From Pseudomonadota bacterium (GTDB lineage: Bacteria; Pseudomonadota; Gammaproteobacteria; GCA-002705445; GCA-002716945): DNA of 64,000 bases. The position numbers and the translations under genes were made by a program. The stretch lies in assembly GCA_036140295.1 (NCBI GenBank), contig JAYZYL010000002.1:440-64439 (forward strand). The letters are read 5' to 3'. This document shows positions 42,355-54,053 of the stretch, in pieces. Each line of letters opens with the position of its first letter. Position 1 is the first letter of the stretch. The notes under the pieces were generated by a model, which worked only from the letters and a program-made list of their open reading frames with translations, was not told the DNA's origin and made no database searches.

Positions 42355-43973
42355 TAAAAATCTTTATGACTAAAACAAAATATACTGCCATTTTTTTTCT
42401 GACCTTAATAATGTTTCCTATATTAACAGTTTTTTCTTATTTGTTTTTACCATCAACAGAAATATGGACACATTTGGTAGATAATTTATTACTAACATAC
42501 CTTTTAAATACCATATTCATTGTCTTTTGGGTCTCTTTATTTACAGGTTTAATTGGAGTGACCTGCGCATGGCTAGTGACTATATATGATTTTCCAGGTA
42601 AAGATATATTTAAATGGTTATTGGTTCTTCCTATTGCTATACCAGCTTATGTAAGCGCATTTATTTATGCTGGATCAATTGAGCCGTCAGGTATTTTTTT
42701 TACTACGATGGAACATTTTTTTGGTATGGGGGCAGGCATATACAACTTTATTGATATGCGTAACATTTATGGGGTGGTATTCATACTTACAGCATGTCTA
42801 TATCCATATGTTTATTTATTGTGCTACTCATCTTTTTCCCAACAATCATATTGCGTTTTTGAAGTTGGTAGATCTATGGGGTTAACCAATACTAGTTGTT
42901 TTCTAAAAATTGGGCTTCCTTTGGCAAGACCTGCCATTATTGCTGGTTTGACTTTTGTAATAATGGAAACACTAGCAGAATATGGAACAGTAGATTACTA
43001 TGGTGTAAGTACTTTCACCACTGGAATTTTTAGAGCATGGTTTTCTTTTGGTGATGAAAATAGTGCTCTTCATTTGGCTGCTATACTTTTAACATTTGTT
43101 TTTGTAGTTCTAGTACTTGAAAAATATTCTCGTGGCAATAGTCAGTACGTTCATACATCTCAAATGATAAGAAAACCTAAGCAATATACTTTGTTAGGCT
43201 TAAAATCAGTATTTGCATTTAGTTGGTGTTTTCTGATTATCCTTTTAAGTTCAATAATTCCTATTACCCAATTATTGGTATGGCTTATAGAAACATATTC
43301 TTACGTTTTTGATGACTCTTATCTGCAACTTATATGGAATACAACATGGATTGCTGCATTATCGGCATTCCTAATAGTATCTGTATCGCTTTATTTTTCC
43401 TATTTAGATAGATCTCTTAAGGATATAATTACAAGTTTTTCAATTAAAGTTCTGTCTCTTGGTTACTCTATACCTGGTGTAGTTATTGCAATTGGAATCA
43501 TGGTCCCTATTGCCTTTCTTGATGACCTCCATTCTACCCTGACTAATGGAAACCCCTTCTTCTATATAAGTGGGTCATTCATTGCTTTAATACTAGGATA
43601 TCTCATTAGGTTCTCAACAATCTCACTCAAAACAAATGAATCTGGATTAAGTAAAATTAAAACTAATATAGACTACACTGCAAGGGCTTTTGGTATGTCA
43701 AAATTTTCAATTATAAAAAAAATTCATGTGCCTATGATGAAAATTACAATTATAACTTCTCTTATTTTAGTTTTTGTAGATGTAGTAAAAGAACTTCCAG
43801 CCACCCTTATTATGAGGCCTTTTAATTTTAATACTCTTGCAGTCAATATATATGAATTAGCATCTGCAGAACAATTATCATATATTGCTCCTTCTGCTCT
43901 TACCCTTATCATTATTAGCTTAATTCCTGTTATAATATTAATTAGGAATACTGTTAGTAATGTCTATAAATAA
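42345..43973 (+). CDS. Iron ABC transporter permease (duplicated MalFG-type domains)
   Basis: 542-aa polytopic protein with two EAA-like loops (GRSMGL..., ARAFGMSKF). Confidence 0.85.
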   Translation: MAIIKIFMTKTKYTAIFFLTLIMFPILTVFSYLFLPSTEIWTHLVDNLLLTYLLNTIFIVFWVSLFTGLIGVTCAWLVTIYDFPGKDIFKWLLVLPIAIPAYVSAFIYAGSIEPSGIFFTTMEHFFGMGAGIYNFIDMRNIYGVVFILTACLYPYVYLLCYSSFSQQSYCVFEVGRSMGLTNTSCFLKIGLPLARPAIIAGLTFVIMETLAEYGTVDYYGVSTFTTGIFRAWFSFGDENSALHLAAILLTFVFVVLVLEKYSRGNSQYVHTSQMIRKPKQYTLLGLKSVFAFSWCFLIILLSSIIPITQLLVWLIETYSYVFDDSYLQLIWNTTWIAALSAFLIVSVSLYFSYLDRSLKDIITSFSIKVLSLGYSIPGVVIAIGIMVPIAFLDDLHSTLTNGNPFFYISGSFIALILGYLIRFSTISLKTNESGLSKIKTNIDYTARAFGMSKFSIIKKIHVPMMKITIITSLILVFVDVVKELPATLIMRPFNFNTLAVNIYELASAEQLSYIAPSALTLIIISLIPVIILIRNTVSNVYK

Positions 43974-45012
43974 ACCTAAACTTGAAATAAAGAATATTAG
44001 CTTGAATCTTGGCGATGAAGAAGTTATTAAAGATTTGAATCTATCAATTTTTGAAAATGAAATAGTATCAATTCTTGGAGCCAGTGCATCAGGCAAGACG
44101 TCTCTGCTTAGAGTTATAGCCGGCTTTGAGAATATATGTTCTGGAGTTATAACTTTAAATCAGAAGGTTGTAAACAACCAACAAAAGACTGTTCAGCCAG
44201 AATTAAGAAATATAGGAATTATTTTCCAAGACTTAGCTTTATTTCCGCATTTAACAGTTAGTCAAAATATAGCTTTTGGAATTATGGGAGTCTCAGATCA
44301 ATATAAAATTGAAAGATGTAAAGACCTTCAAAATATTCTTGGGATTGGGAATATTTCGGAAAAATTTCCTCACCAAATTTCTGGAGGTCAACAACAACGA
44401 GTTGCTATTGCAAGAGCTATAGCTCCAAAACCAGAAATGTTATTGTTAGATGAGCCATTTAGTGCAATTGATGAAGAATTAAGAGAACAATTAGTAAAAG
44501 ATGTAAAAAATTTGTTAAAAAATGAGCGTATTACTACAATTTTAATTACTCACAATGTAAAAGAAGCTTTTGGGTTATCTGATAAAGTTGCTTTCTTATC
44601 GGAAAAAAAGATTTCTCAGTATGACACGCCTTATAATATTTATCACAAGCCTATATCTCGTGAAATTTCAAATTTTTTTGGTATTAGTAGTTATATAAAA
44701 GGAAAAATTTTAGATAATAATAATGTGAAAACATCACTTGGTACACTTTTTGGCGAATCAACAAAACCATATACTAAAGGACAAAAAGTAGATGTTCTGA
44801 TCCGTCCTGATGATGTAATTCATGATGATGAATCAGCAGATTCAGCAAAAGTTGTAGACAAAATATTTCATGGATCAGATTTTTTATATGAATTAGAGTT
44901 AATAGATGGGCAACGTATTTTTTGTTACACCCCTAGCCATCATAATCATTCCATAAATGAAATGATTGGTATAAAAATGCAAATTGATCATCTTATAATA
45001 TTTAATTTATAA
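43960..45012 (+). CDS. Iron ABC transporter ATP-binding protein (FbpC-like)
   Basis: Walker A GASASGKTS, signature ISGGQQQRVAIARA and Walker B LLLDEP. Confidence 0.9.
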   Translation: MSINKPKLEIKNISLNLGDEEVIKDLNLSIFENEIVSILGASASGKTSLLRVIAGFENICSGVITLNQKVVNNQQKTVQPELRNIGIIFQDLALFPHLTVSQNIAFGIMGVSDQYKIERCKDLQNILGIGNISEKFPHQISGGQQQRVAIARAIAPKPEMLLLDEPFSAIDEELREQLVKDVKNLLKNERITTILITHNVKEAFGLSDKVAFLSEKKISQYDTPYNIYHKPISREISNFFGISSYIKGKILDNNNVKTSLGTLFGESTKPYTKGQKVDVLIRPDDVIHDDESADSAKVVDKIFHGSDFLYELELIDGQRIFCYTPSHHNHSINEMIGIKMQIDHLIIFNL

Positions 45013-46659
45013 TTATAGGTCTCGAAGTTTCCTTCTTAATATCTTTCCAACATTATTCTTCGGTAACTCGCTAATAAACTCAACATGTTTTGGTATCTTA
45101 TAAATAGTTAATCCTTCTTTGCAGAAGGCTATTATTTCTCCTTTAGTTAAACTGGAATTGTTTGACACAACAAATAATTTAATGCTTTCACCTCTATTCT
45201 TGTCTTCAATTCCAATAACACCAGCCTCCAAAATATCTGGATGGGTTGTTACATAATCTTCAATTTCATTTGGATAAACATTAAAGCCAGAAGATATTAT
45301 CATGTCTTTTTTTCTATCAACAATCTTTATAAAACCATCTTCATTTATTTTTGCTATATCACCAGTCTTAAAATAACCATCTTTTGTAAAAGCATTTTGA
45401 GTATCCTCTTCTGAATTCCAATATTTGCTCATTACTTGTGGTCCCTTAACACATAATTCTCCTTCCTTTCCAATTTCTAACTCATTTTCCCTTTCGTCTC
45501 TTACAGAAACTTCTGTCGATGGAACTGGTAAACCAATATAACCATTAAATTGATCTTCTATTATATTTATTGCGATAACTGGAGATGTCTCCGTAAGGCC
45601 ATACCCTTGCGTTATATTTGTTCCAGTAATTTTTTTCCATTTACTTGCAGTGTCTTTTAAGACGGCCATTCCCCCTCCAACTGTAAATTTAAAATTATTA
45701 AATTTTATTTTCTTAAATTCAGAATTTGTGATTAATAAATTAAATAATGTATTTACTCCTGTCATAACGGTAAATTTATTTTTCTTCATAGTTTTGACAA
45801 AATTTTTTACATCTCTTGGGTTTGTAATTAATAGGTTTTCAGAGCCTAATTTAAAAAATGTCAAGAAGTTAACTGTAAGTGAAAATATATGATATAAAGG
45901 AAGAGGTGTTAGAATTATCTCTTTGCCTTCATCTACATAATTCTTGATCCATATGTGCACTTGTTCAATATTCGACAAAATATTTCCATGAGTTAAAACA
46001 GCTGCCTTTGACTTACCTGTAGTTCCACCAGTATATTGCAAAAATGCTATATCATCTTTCTTTAAAGAACATTCTTTTATTTCCTCATATTTTTTTATCG
46101 TGTCACTAAATTTTATTGTTTTTCTCTTAAAATTAACTTTTTCACCCTTTATGAATAGTATAGATCTAACAATGATTTTCATAAAAGGACTTAATAGATC
46201 AGCCGGACTGCAAACTATAATATTTTTAATCTTTGTTTTCTCAATTATTGGTTCTAATTCTCCAAAAAATTTATCAAGAACTATAATTACTTCTGCTTCA
46301 GAATCAACTAACACACCAAGTAACTCTCTTGACTTAAATAAAGGGTTAATATTAATAACAGTTGCCCCTGCAATAAAGGATCCAAATAATGATACTGGGT
46401 ATGTCATTAAATTCGGAAGCATTATAGCTATTTTAGTATTTTTTTGTACTCCTATATTATTTTGTAAATAAGACCCAAAACATTTAGAATGCTTTTCTAT
46501 TTCATTAAATGTTAGTGTTGACTTTAGGTTTCTAAATGCAATATTTTTTCTAAATAGATTTGTAGTGTCATAAAACAAATCTAAAAGAGAATTATATTTG
46601 TTATTACTAATTTCTGTCGGTGTGTTTTTTGGATAATTTCTTGTCCAAATTTTTTCCAT
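45013..46659 (-). CDS. fadD: Long-chain fatty acid-CoA ligase
   Basis: AMP-binding motif YTGGTTGKSKAA, GYGLTE, TGD and a C-terminal GKILRR. Confidence 0.85.
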   Translation of the reverse strand: MEKIWTRNYPKNTPTEISNNKYNSLLDLFYDTTNLFRKNIAFRNLKSTLTFNEIEKHSKCFGSYLQNNIGVQKNTKIAIMLPNLMTYPVSLFGSFIAGATVININPLFKSRELLGVLVDSEAEVIIVLDKFFGELEPIIEKTKIKNIIVCSPADLLSPFMKIIVRSILFIKGEKVNFKRKTIKFSDTIKKYEEIKECSLKKDDIAFLQYTGGTTGKSKAAVLTHGNILSNIEQVHIWIKNYVDEGKEIILTPLPLYHIFSLTVNFLTFFKLGSENLLITNPRDVKNFVKTMKKNKFTVMTGVNTLFNLLITNSEFKKIKFNNFKFTVGGGMAVLKDTASKWKKITGTNITQGYGLTETSPVIAINIIEDQFNGYIGLPVPSTEVSVRDERENELEIGKEGELCVKGPQVMSKYWNSEEDTQNAFTKDGYFKTGDIAKINEDGFIKIVDRKKDMIISSGFNVYPNEIEDYVTTHPDILEAGVIGIEDKNRGESIKLFVVSNNSSLTKGEIIAFCKEGLTIYKIPKHVEFISELPKNNVGKILRRKLRDL

Positions 46660-46690
46660 TACTTAAATATATACTAAATAGTGAAATAAC

Positions 46691-46713
46691 AAAGCCTCTT
46701 TTATAGAGGCTTT
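46691..46713 (-). terminator. Rho-independent terminator-like hairpin downstream of groEL
   Basis: AAAGCCTCT-TTTAT-AGAGGCTTT is a perfect 9-bp stem, flanked by T-rich tracts on both strands. Confidence 0.55.
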
Positions 46714-46743
46714 GAATTTTTTAATAATAAATACTGAGGTCTC

Positions 46744-48429
<1,686 letters not shown>

Positions 48430-48720
48430 TTATTCATCAATAACTGCTGTAATGTCATCTTCTCTCATTACTAACATTTCTTCGCCATCAACTTTTACCT
48501 CAGTGCCAGAGTACTTTCCGAACAGAATTTTATCTCCTTTTTTAACATCAAGCGGTCTGATTTCTCCATTTTCTAAAATCTTGCCTTTTCCAACTGCAAC
48601 CACTTCACCCTTTATAGGTTTTTCAGTAGCCGAATCGGGGATTACAATTCCGCCAGGAGATGTCTTCTCTTCTTCCATTCTCCTTACCATAACGCGGTCG
48701 TGCAATGGTCGTATATTCAT
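48430..48720 (-). CDS. groES: Co-chaperonin GroES
   Basis: [10 protein letters not shown]...GGIVIP and the 96-aa length. Confidence 0.95.
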   Translation of the reverse strand: MNIRPLHDRVMVRRMEEEKTSPGGIVIPDSATEKPIKGEVVAVGKGKILENGEIRPLDVKKGDKILFGKYSGTEVKVDGEEMLVMREDDITAVIDE

Positions 48721-48753
48721 ATAAAATACCTCTTAATTATCATTATTCTCTAG

Positions 48754-48780
48754 TTAGCGCTCTTACCCCTAGAGTGCTAA
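48754..48780 (-). promoter_or_regulatory. CIRCE operator (HrcA-binding inverted repeat)
   Basis: TTAGCGCTC-N9-GAGTGCTAA versus the consensus TTAGCACTC-N9-GAGTGCTAA (1 mismatch). Located 34-60 nt upstream of the groES start. Confidence 0.75.
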
Positions 48781-48807
48781 TAATAGCGATCTTTTGCCAA
48801 ATTTCAA
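48780..48807 (-). promoter_or_regulatory. Sigma70-like promoter of groESL
   Basis: On the minus strand: TTGAAA, a 16-nt spacer, then TATTAT immediately abutting CIRCE. Confidence 0.4.
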
Positions 48808-48822
48808 GAGTCTGAATAAGAT

Positions 48823-49248
48823 TTATTTATCTTCATTTATATGATCTACATCAATAACAGTTTTACCTCTTTTACCAGCTCTTCTTTTTCTTAAAAAAAA
48901 ATGAGTATATTTTTGTAAGAATAAGTGTCGTATAGGAGGAATTAGGAGTAATACACCGACAGAATCTGTAAAAAACCCAGGAACTATTAGTAAGAATCCT
49001 GCTAAAAAAAATATCATTCCTGACAATATTTCAATTTCTGGCCGGATTCCCTGAAGAATTTTATTTTGTATTTCTGAAAAATAGGAAATACTTCCATTTT
49101 TTATCAAATAAAATCCAATAATGGCTGTACCAAAAATCAAAATTATAGTGTTTAAAGTACCAATTTTAGACCCTACCTCAATAAATAGGATTATTTCAAT
49201 TATCGGGATGATGATGAAAAGTATCGCCAATATATATTTTGATCTCAT
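48823..49248 (-). CDS. fxsA: FxsA-family inner-membrane protein
   Basis: PGFFTDSVGVLLLIPPIR motif, TM helices and a basic tail. Confidence 0.7.
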   Translation of the reverse strand: MRSKYILAILFIIIPIIEIILFIEVGSKIGTLNTIILIFGTAIIGFYLIKNGSISYFSEIQNKILQGIRPEIEILSGMIFFLAGFLLIVPGFFTDSVGVLLLIPPIRHLFLQKYTHFFLRKRRAGKRGKTVIDVDHINEDK

Positions 49249-49267
49249 AATATTTTAATATTGAATT

Positions 49268-49588
49268 ATGAAGAATGACTTCATATTAACATTAACATCT
49301 ACGGATAGGAAAATAATATCAAAAAAAATAAGCAAGAAACTGCTTGAAGAGAAAGCTTGTGCATGTGTAAATATTATCCCAAAGGTAGAAAGTCATTATT
49401 TTTGGAATGGAAAATTACAAAAATCTAATGAGTGGTTAATTATGATAAAATCTCAAAGAAAATATTATAAAAGAATAGAGTCTATAATTAAAAAATTGCA
49501 TAACTATGAGGTTCCTGAGATAATTTCTATAAAAATAGATCAAGGAATCATAGAATATTTACAATGGATAAAAAATGAAACTCAATAA
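49268..49588 (+). CDS. cutA: Divalent-cation tolerance protein CutA
   Basis: 106 aa with CACVNIIP.VESHYFWNG. Confidence 0.8.
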   Translation: MKNDFILTLTSTDRKIISKKISKKLLEEKACACVNIIPKVESHYFWNGKLQKSNEWLIMIKSQRKYYKRIESIIKKLHNYEVPEIISIKIDQGIIEYLQWIKNETQ

Positions 49589-51350
49589 TACTATTTTTTT
49601 AATTTTTCTGCTATTTCTATCACCCCTATTTATCGGAGCTTCAGGAAACTTTGTATATGCAGAACAAGGTCCATCTAAAAATATAAATCAATCTAATGAA
49701 TTTTTACATCCTGATAAAGCCTTTATCCCCTCACTAACAAAAATAAATGATACGCATTTTAAAGTTAAGTGGAAAATAGAGAGTGGCTATTATTTATATA
49801 TGGGTATGTTTAAGTTTGAAGTTGAAGATGATGATATTTCCATAGATAAAATAACAATGCCTGATGGAATAAAAAAAAGTGATCAATTTTTTGGAGATGT
49901 AGATGTTTTTTATAACTATGCAGAAGCTAATATATTTCTTAAAAGTCCTCCAAAAAGTAATTTTAATCTAATAGTTTATTATCAAGGATGTGCTGATGCT
50001 GGATTATGTTATCCTCCAGTTAAAAAGACCTTAAAAGTAAATATCCAGTCTAATGAAGGTTATTTTCATAAAACAAGTTATAATGATGATCAGGTAAGTT
50101 TCAGCAAATCTCTATATACAAAATCTATTTTTTATAATATTTTTTTCTTTTACCTAATTGGTATATTACTGGCATTCACACCTTGTGTATTTCCAATGAT
50201 CCCTATACTCACTGGCTTGATAATTGGGCAGGGAGAAAATTCTTCAACAAATAAAGCCTTTCTTTTATCGCTAACATATATTTTCTTCATGTCCCTTACA
50301 TATGCATTAATTGGCGTTATATTTGCTTTATCGGGGAGTAATATACAAGCAAATTTACAAAACCCATATATTATCGGTGCCTTTGCGTTTTTATTCATAA
50401 TTTTATCATTAACAATGTTTAAAGTTATAAATCTCCAGATGCCTAAATTTATACAGACATCTTTATCGGAAACTAGTGGAGGATTAAAATCGGGTTCTTT
50501 TTTTGGAGTTGGTGCGATGGGTGCGCTTTCTGCTTTAATAGTTGGGCCTTGTGTAACTGCTCCTTTAATAGGTGCGTTGGTATATATTGCATCTTCTAAA
50601 GACTACATTCTTGGTGGTTTTGCTTTATTTGCACTTGGACTTGGAATGGGGACTCCTCTTTTAATTTTAGGAACTTCAGCGGCAACTCTAATGAAAAAAA
50701 TTGGACCATATTTAGATTTAATTAATAAGTTTTTTGGATTACTTTTTATTATTGTGGCAATTTGGTTGCTAGAAAGAATTGTCTCTATCCAAACAGCAGC
50801 ATACTTATGGGCTATATTGCCTGCAATGGTCATTATTTTAATTAACAAAGGGAGCGTTAAACCAAAAACAACACTTTATAGTTTTTTTAACAAATCAATT
50901 TCTCTAGTTATGACTATGTATTTTTTCTTATTAATCTATGGGGCAAATATAAATCAAAATTTTTCTCCTGCAACAAGTTTTATAGAAAGACCAATTATTA
51001 ATGAGTTTATCAAGGTTGATAATTCAGAAGATCTTTTTAAAAAAATAAAGAAATCAAATGATATAACTATGGTTGACTTATATGCAGATTGGTGTGTTGC
51101 TTGTAAGGAATTTGAAATGTATGTTTTTAATGATCATAAAGTTTCAAAAGTTTTAAAGAATTTAAATTTAGTAAAATTTGATATTACTGAAACAAATAAG
51201 AACCAAACATCGTTTCTAGAACAGTATAATCTATTTGGTCCTCCAGTCTTAATGTTCTTCAATCCAAAAGGTGATGAAATCATTGAATTAAGAATTGTAG
51301 GTTTTGTAGACGCTGAAAATTTTATGAAGAAAATTGATATTCTAAATTAG
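49575..51350 (+). CDS. dsbD: Thiol:disulfide interchange protein DsbD
   Basis: N-terminal periplasmic domain (YYQGCADAGLCYPP), TM core with CVFPMIPIL and GPCVTAP, and a C-terminal thioredoxin domain with WCVACKE. Confidence 0.85.
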   Translation: MKLNNTIFLIFLLFLSPLFIGASGNFVYAEQGPSKNINQSNEFLHPDKAFIPSLTKINDTHFKVKWKIESGYYLYMGMFKFEVEDDDISIDKITMPDGIKKSDQFFGDVDVFYNYAEANIFLKSPPKSNFNLIVYYQGCADAGLCYPPVKKTLKVNIQSNEGYFHKTSYNDDQVSFSKSLYTKSIFYNIFFFYLIGILLAFTPCVFPMIPILTGLIIGQGENSSTNKAFLLSLTYIFFMSLTYALIGVIFALSGSNIQANLQNPYIIGAFAFLFIILSLTMFKVINLQMPKFIQTSLSETSGGLKSGSFFGVGAMGALSALIVGPCVTAPLIGALVYIASSKDYILGGFALFALGLGMGTPLLILGTSAATLMKKIGPYLDLINKFFGLLFIIVAIWLLERIVSIQTAAYLWAILPAMVIILINKGSVKPKTTLYSFFNKSISLVMTMYFFLLIYGANINQNFSPATSFIERPIINEFIKVDNSEDLFKKIKKSNDITMVDLYADWCVACKEFEMYVFNDHKVSKVLKNLNLVKFDITETNKNQTSFLEQYNLFGPPVLMFFNPKGDEIIELRIVGFVDAENFMKKIDILN

Positions 51351-51442
51351 TAAGATTCTGTATTTTTATTAAATTCTTGTAATTTCACTGAAATTCGTTA
51401 AACTTCTACTAAAATTAGTTAACTTTATTTTTGGGGTGAATC

Positions 51443-51877
51443 TTGTCTGATATTTTAGTAATTAATGGACCAAACCTAAATCTTTTGGGAACAAGAGAGC
51501 CAGATGTTTATGGCACTCAATCACTTTCTGATATAGAAAACAAACTAAAAAAAATTGCTTCTCCTAGCCAATTAGAATTCTTGCAAAGCAATGCAGAACA
51601 TGAAATTATTGATGCAATTCAAGTAGCAAAAAAAAATGGAATAAAGTTTATAATTATTAATCCGGGTCCATTAACTCATACTAGTATAGCATTAAGAGAC
51701 ACTTTTTTAAGTACCCAAATTCCTTTCATTGAAGTTCACATATCTAACATCTTTAAAAGAGAAGAGTTTAGAAAAAAATCTTTTTTAAGTGATATAAGTC
51801 ATGGTCTGATAACTGGACTAGGTGCAAAAGGATATGAATATGCTTTAATTGAAGCTATCAGCAATATTCAGGATTAA
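51443..51877 (+). CDS. aroQ: Type II 3-dehydroquinate dehydratase
   Basis: [20 protein letters not shown] and INPG..THTS. TTG start per the ORF track. Confidence 0.9.
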   Translation: MSDILVINGPNLNLLGTREPDVYGTQSLSDIENKLKKIASPSQLEFLQSNAEHEIIDAIQVAKKNGIKFIIINPGPLTHTSIALRDTFLSTQIPFIEVHISNIFKREEFRKKSFLSDISHGLITGLGAKGYEYALIEAISNIQD

Positions 51878-51879
51878 TT

Positions 51880-52323
51880 ATGGATCTTAGAAAAATAAAA
51901 AAACTTATGGAGCTTCTTGAACAGTCAGGTATATCTGAAATTGAAGTGAAAGAAGGGGAAGAATCTATAAAGTTATCCCGTACATCAAAGACTAAAAACA
52001 TTAACCCACAAACTCCAACAGAAAATCAAAAACAGAATATTTCTGGTCAAACTCAAGAACATTCACCTAATCAGCAAAAAGAGATAATAGGTAATACAAT
52101 TGACTCCCCTATGGTAGGTATATTCTATCGCTCTCCTTCTCCTGACTCAAAACCTTTCGTAGAAAAGGGTCAAAAAGTAAACAAAGGTGATACTGTTTGT
52201 ATTTTGGAAGCTATGAAGATGATGAACCAGGTTACAGCTGAAGAAAGCGGTGTTATTAAGGATATACTAGTTGAAGATGCTGAACCTGTAGAATTTGGTC
52301 AACCTCTGTTTATAATTGAATAA
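51880..52323 (+). CDS. accB: Biotin carboxyl carrier protein
   Basis: Biotinylation motif [11 protein letters not shown]. Confidence 0.9.
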   Translation: MDLRKIKKLMELLEQSGISEIEVKEGEESIKLSRTSKTKNINPQTPTENQKQNISGQTQEHSPNQQKEIIGNTIDSPMVGIFYRSPSPDSKPFVEKGQKVNKGDTVCILEAMKMMNQVTAEESGVIKDILVEDAEPVEFGQPLFIIE

Positions 52324-52325
52324 TA

Positions 52326-53666
52326 ATGATAAACAAAATACTTATAGCCAATAGAGGTGAAATAGCACTTCGTGTACTTCGTGCATGTAAAAAATTAGGA
52401 ATAAAAACTGTTGCTGTACATTCAACTATTGATAGACAGCTCCCACATGTAAGATTAGCAGATGAATCTGTATGTATAGGACCAGCAGATCCCAGAAAAA
52501 GCTATTTAAATATACCATCAATTATAAGCGCTGCAGAATTAACAGATGCTGATGCAATTCATCCAGGATATGGGTTTTTATCAGAATCTGCTACCTTTGC
52601 TGAAATTGTTGAAACTAATAAATTTATTTTTATTGGCCCATCAACTGATGTGTTAAAAAAAATGGGTAATAAAATAAAAGCAAAAACTGCAATGAAAAAA
52701 TTTGGGGTGCCATGTATACCAGGGTGCGATGATGCTTTACCTAATGATATTAATCAAACTATTAAAAGAGTTGAGCAAATAGGTTATCCGATAATGTTGA
52801 AAGCAATACATGGAGGTGGTGGAAGAGGAATGAGAGTTGTAGAAAATAAACAAAATCTCTCTGAATCAATAGATATAACATCTGCTGAATCTCTAAATGC
52901 CTTTGGTAATGGAGATTTATACTTTGAAAAATATTTTGACTCTCCTAGACATATAGAAATACAGGTTCTATGTGATAATTTTGGTAATGCTATCCATTTG
53001 GGAGAAAGGGACTGTTCTCTTCAAAGACATAATCAAAAAATTATTGAAGAATCTAATGCTGTAAATATTTCTAGAAAATCAATTGAAGAAATTGGGAAAA
53101 TTTGCACAAAGGCATGTAAAAGTTTAGGTTATACTGGTGTCGGAACATTTGAATTTCTATATCAAGATGACAAATTTTACTTTATAGAAATGAATACAAG
53201 GATACAAGTTGAACATCCTGTAACAGAGCTTATAACTGGGATTGACTTAATTTCTGAACAAATACTTGTTTCCTGTAATGAAAAATTATCTCTCACCCAA
53301 CAAGATATAAAATTTAAAGGTCATGCAATAGAATGTAGAATAAATGCTGAAGACCCTAGAACTTTTATTCCATCGCCAGGAAAAATTAAGGTTTTTCATG
53401 CCCCAGGTGGTCCAGGAGTCAGGTTTGATTCACACATTTACACAGGATATGAGGTTCCCCCTAGCTATGATTCCTTGCTAGCGAAAATAATAGTACTTGG
53501 TTACAACAGAAATGTTGCAATTAAAAAAATGATGCACGCATTAAATGAAACTGTAATTGAAGGTATCAAAACAAACATCCCTTTACATAGGGATTTGCTT
53601 GGATCTGACTTTTTTGGAAATGGAAATTTCACCATTAATACATTATCTAATTATATTAACAACTAA
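52326..53666 (+). CDS. accC: Biotin carboxylase
   Basis: ILIANRGEIALRV, ATP-grasp GGGGRGMRVV and EMNTRIQVEHPVTE. Confidence 0.95.
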   Translation: MINKILIANRGEIALRVLRACKKLGIKTVAVHSTIDRQLPHVRLADESVCIGPADPRKSYLNIPSIISAAELTDADAIHPGYGFLSESATFAEIVETNKFIFIGPSTDVLKKMGNKIKAKTAMKKFGVPCIPGCDDALPNDINQTIKRVEQIGYPIMLKAIHGGGGRGMRVVENKQNLSESIDITSAESLNAFGNGDLYFEKYFDSPRHIEIQVLCDNFGNAIHLGERDCSLQRHNQKIIEESNAVNISRKSIEEIGKICTKACKSLGYTGVGTFEFLYQDDKFYFIEMNTRIQVEHPVTELITGIDLISEQILVSCNEKLSLTQQDIKFKGHAIECRINAEDPRTFIPSPGKIKVFHAPGGPGVRFDSHIYTGYEVPPSYDSLLAKIIVLGYNRNVAIKKMMHALNETVIEGIKTNIPLHRDLLGSDFFGNGNFTINTLSNYINN

Positions 53667-53782
53667 TAATAAACAACTAATTGATAAATTCTTCCTTAAC
53701 GGTTAAGTCATTAATTGTGATATAGTATGGTTTCGGATGCTTTCCATTAAGCGCTCAGATGAGTGTTTTGGATATATTTTAA

Positions 53783-54040
53783 ATGAAAAAAACTAAAGAC
53801 AGAAAAAGCCTGAATAATAATTCACTTAGTAAAATAATTAAGCAAGAAACCATATCATATATAAAAAAAATGAATGGTGCGGGTATAAGCAATCTTCATT
53901 CACTTTTTGTTGCAGAGACAGAAAAAGCTCTAATTTCTACTGTGCTTGGTTACCTGAATGGCAATGTCACTAAAACCGCTGATTACCTAGGCATGAATAG
54001 AGGAACTCTAATTAAAAGAATCAAGGATTATAATATTTGA
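53783..54040 (+). CDS. fis: Fis-family DNA-binding protein
   Basis: 85 aa with C-terminal HTH GNVTKTADYLGMNRGTLIKRIKDYNI, compared with E. coli [25 protein letters not shown]. Confidence 0.75.
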   Translation: MKKTKDRKSLNNNSLSKIIKQETISYIKKMNGAGISNLHSLFVAETEKALISTVLGYLNGNVTKTADYLGMNRGTLIKRIKDYNI

Positions 54041-54053
54041 TAGAATTTTTTAC

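Noticed and set aside
53695-53707. The palindrome CTTAACGGTTAAG in the accC-fis spacer.
   Set aside because: It has 6-bp arms with a 1-nt centre, so it cannot form a hairpin and is too short to assign to any regulator. There is no second copy in the window.
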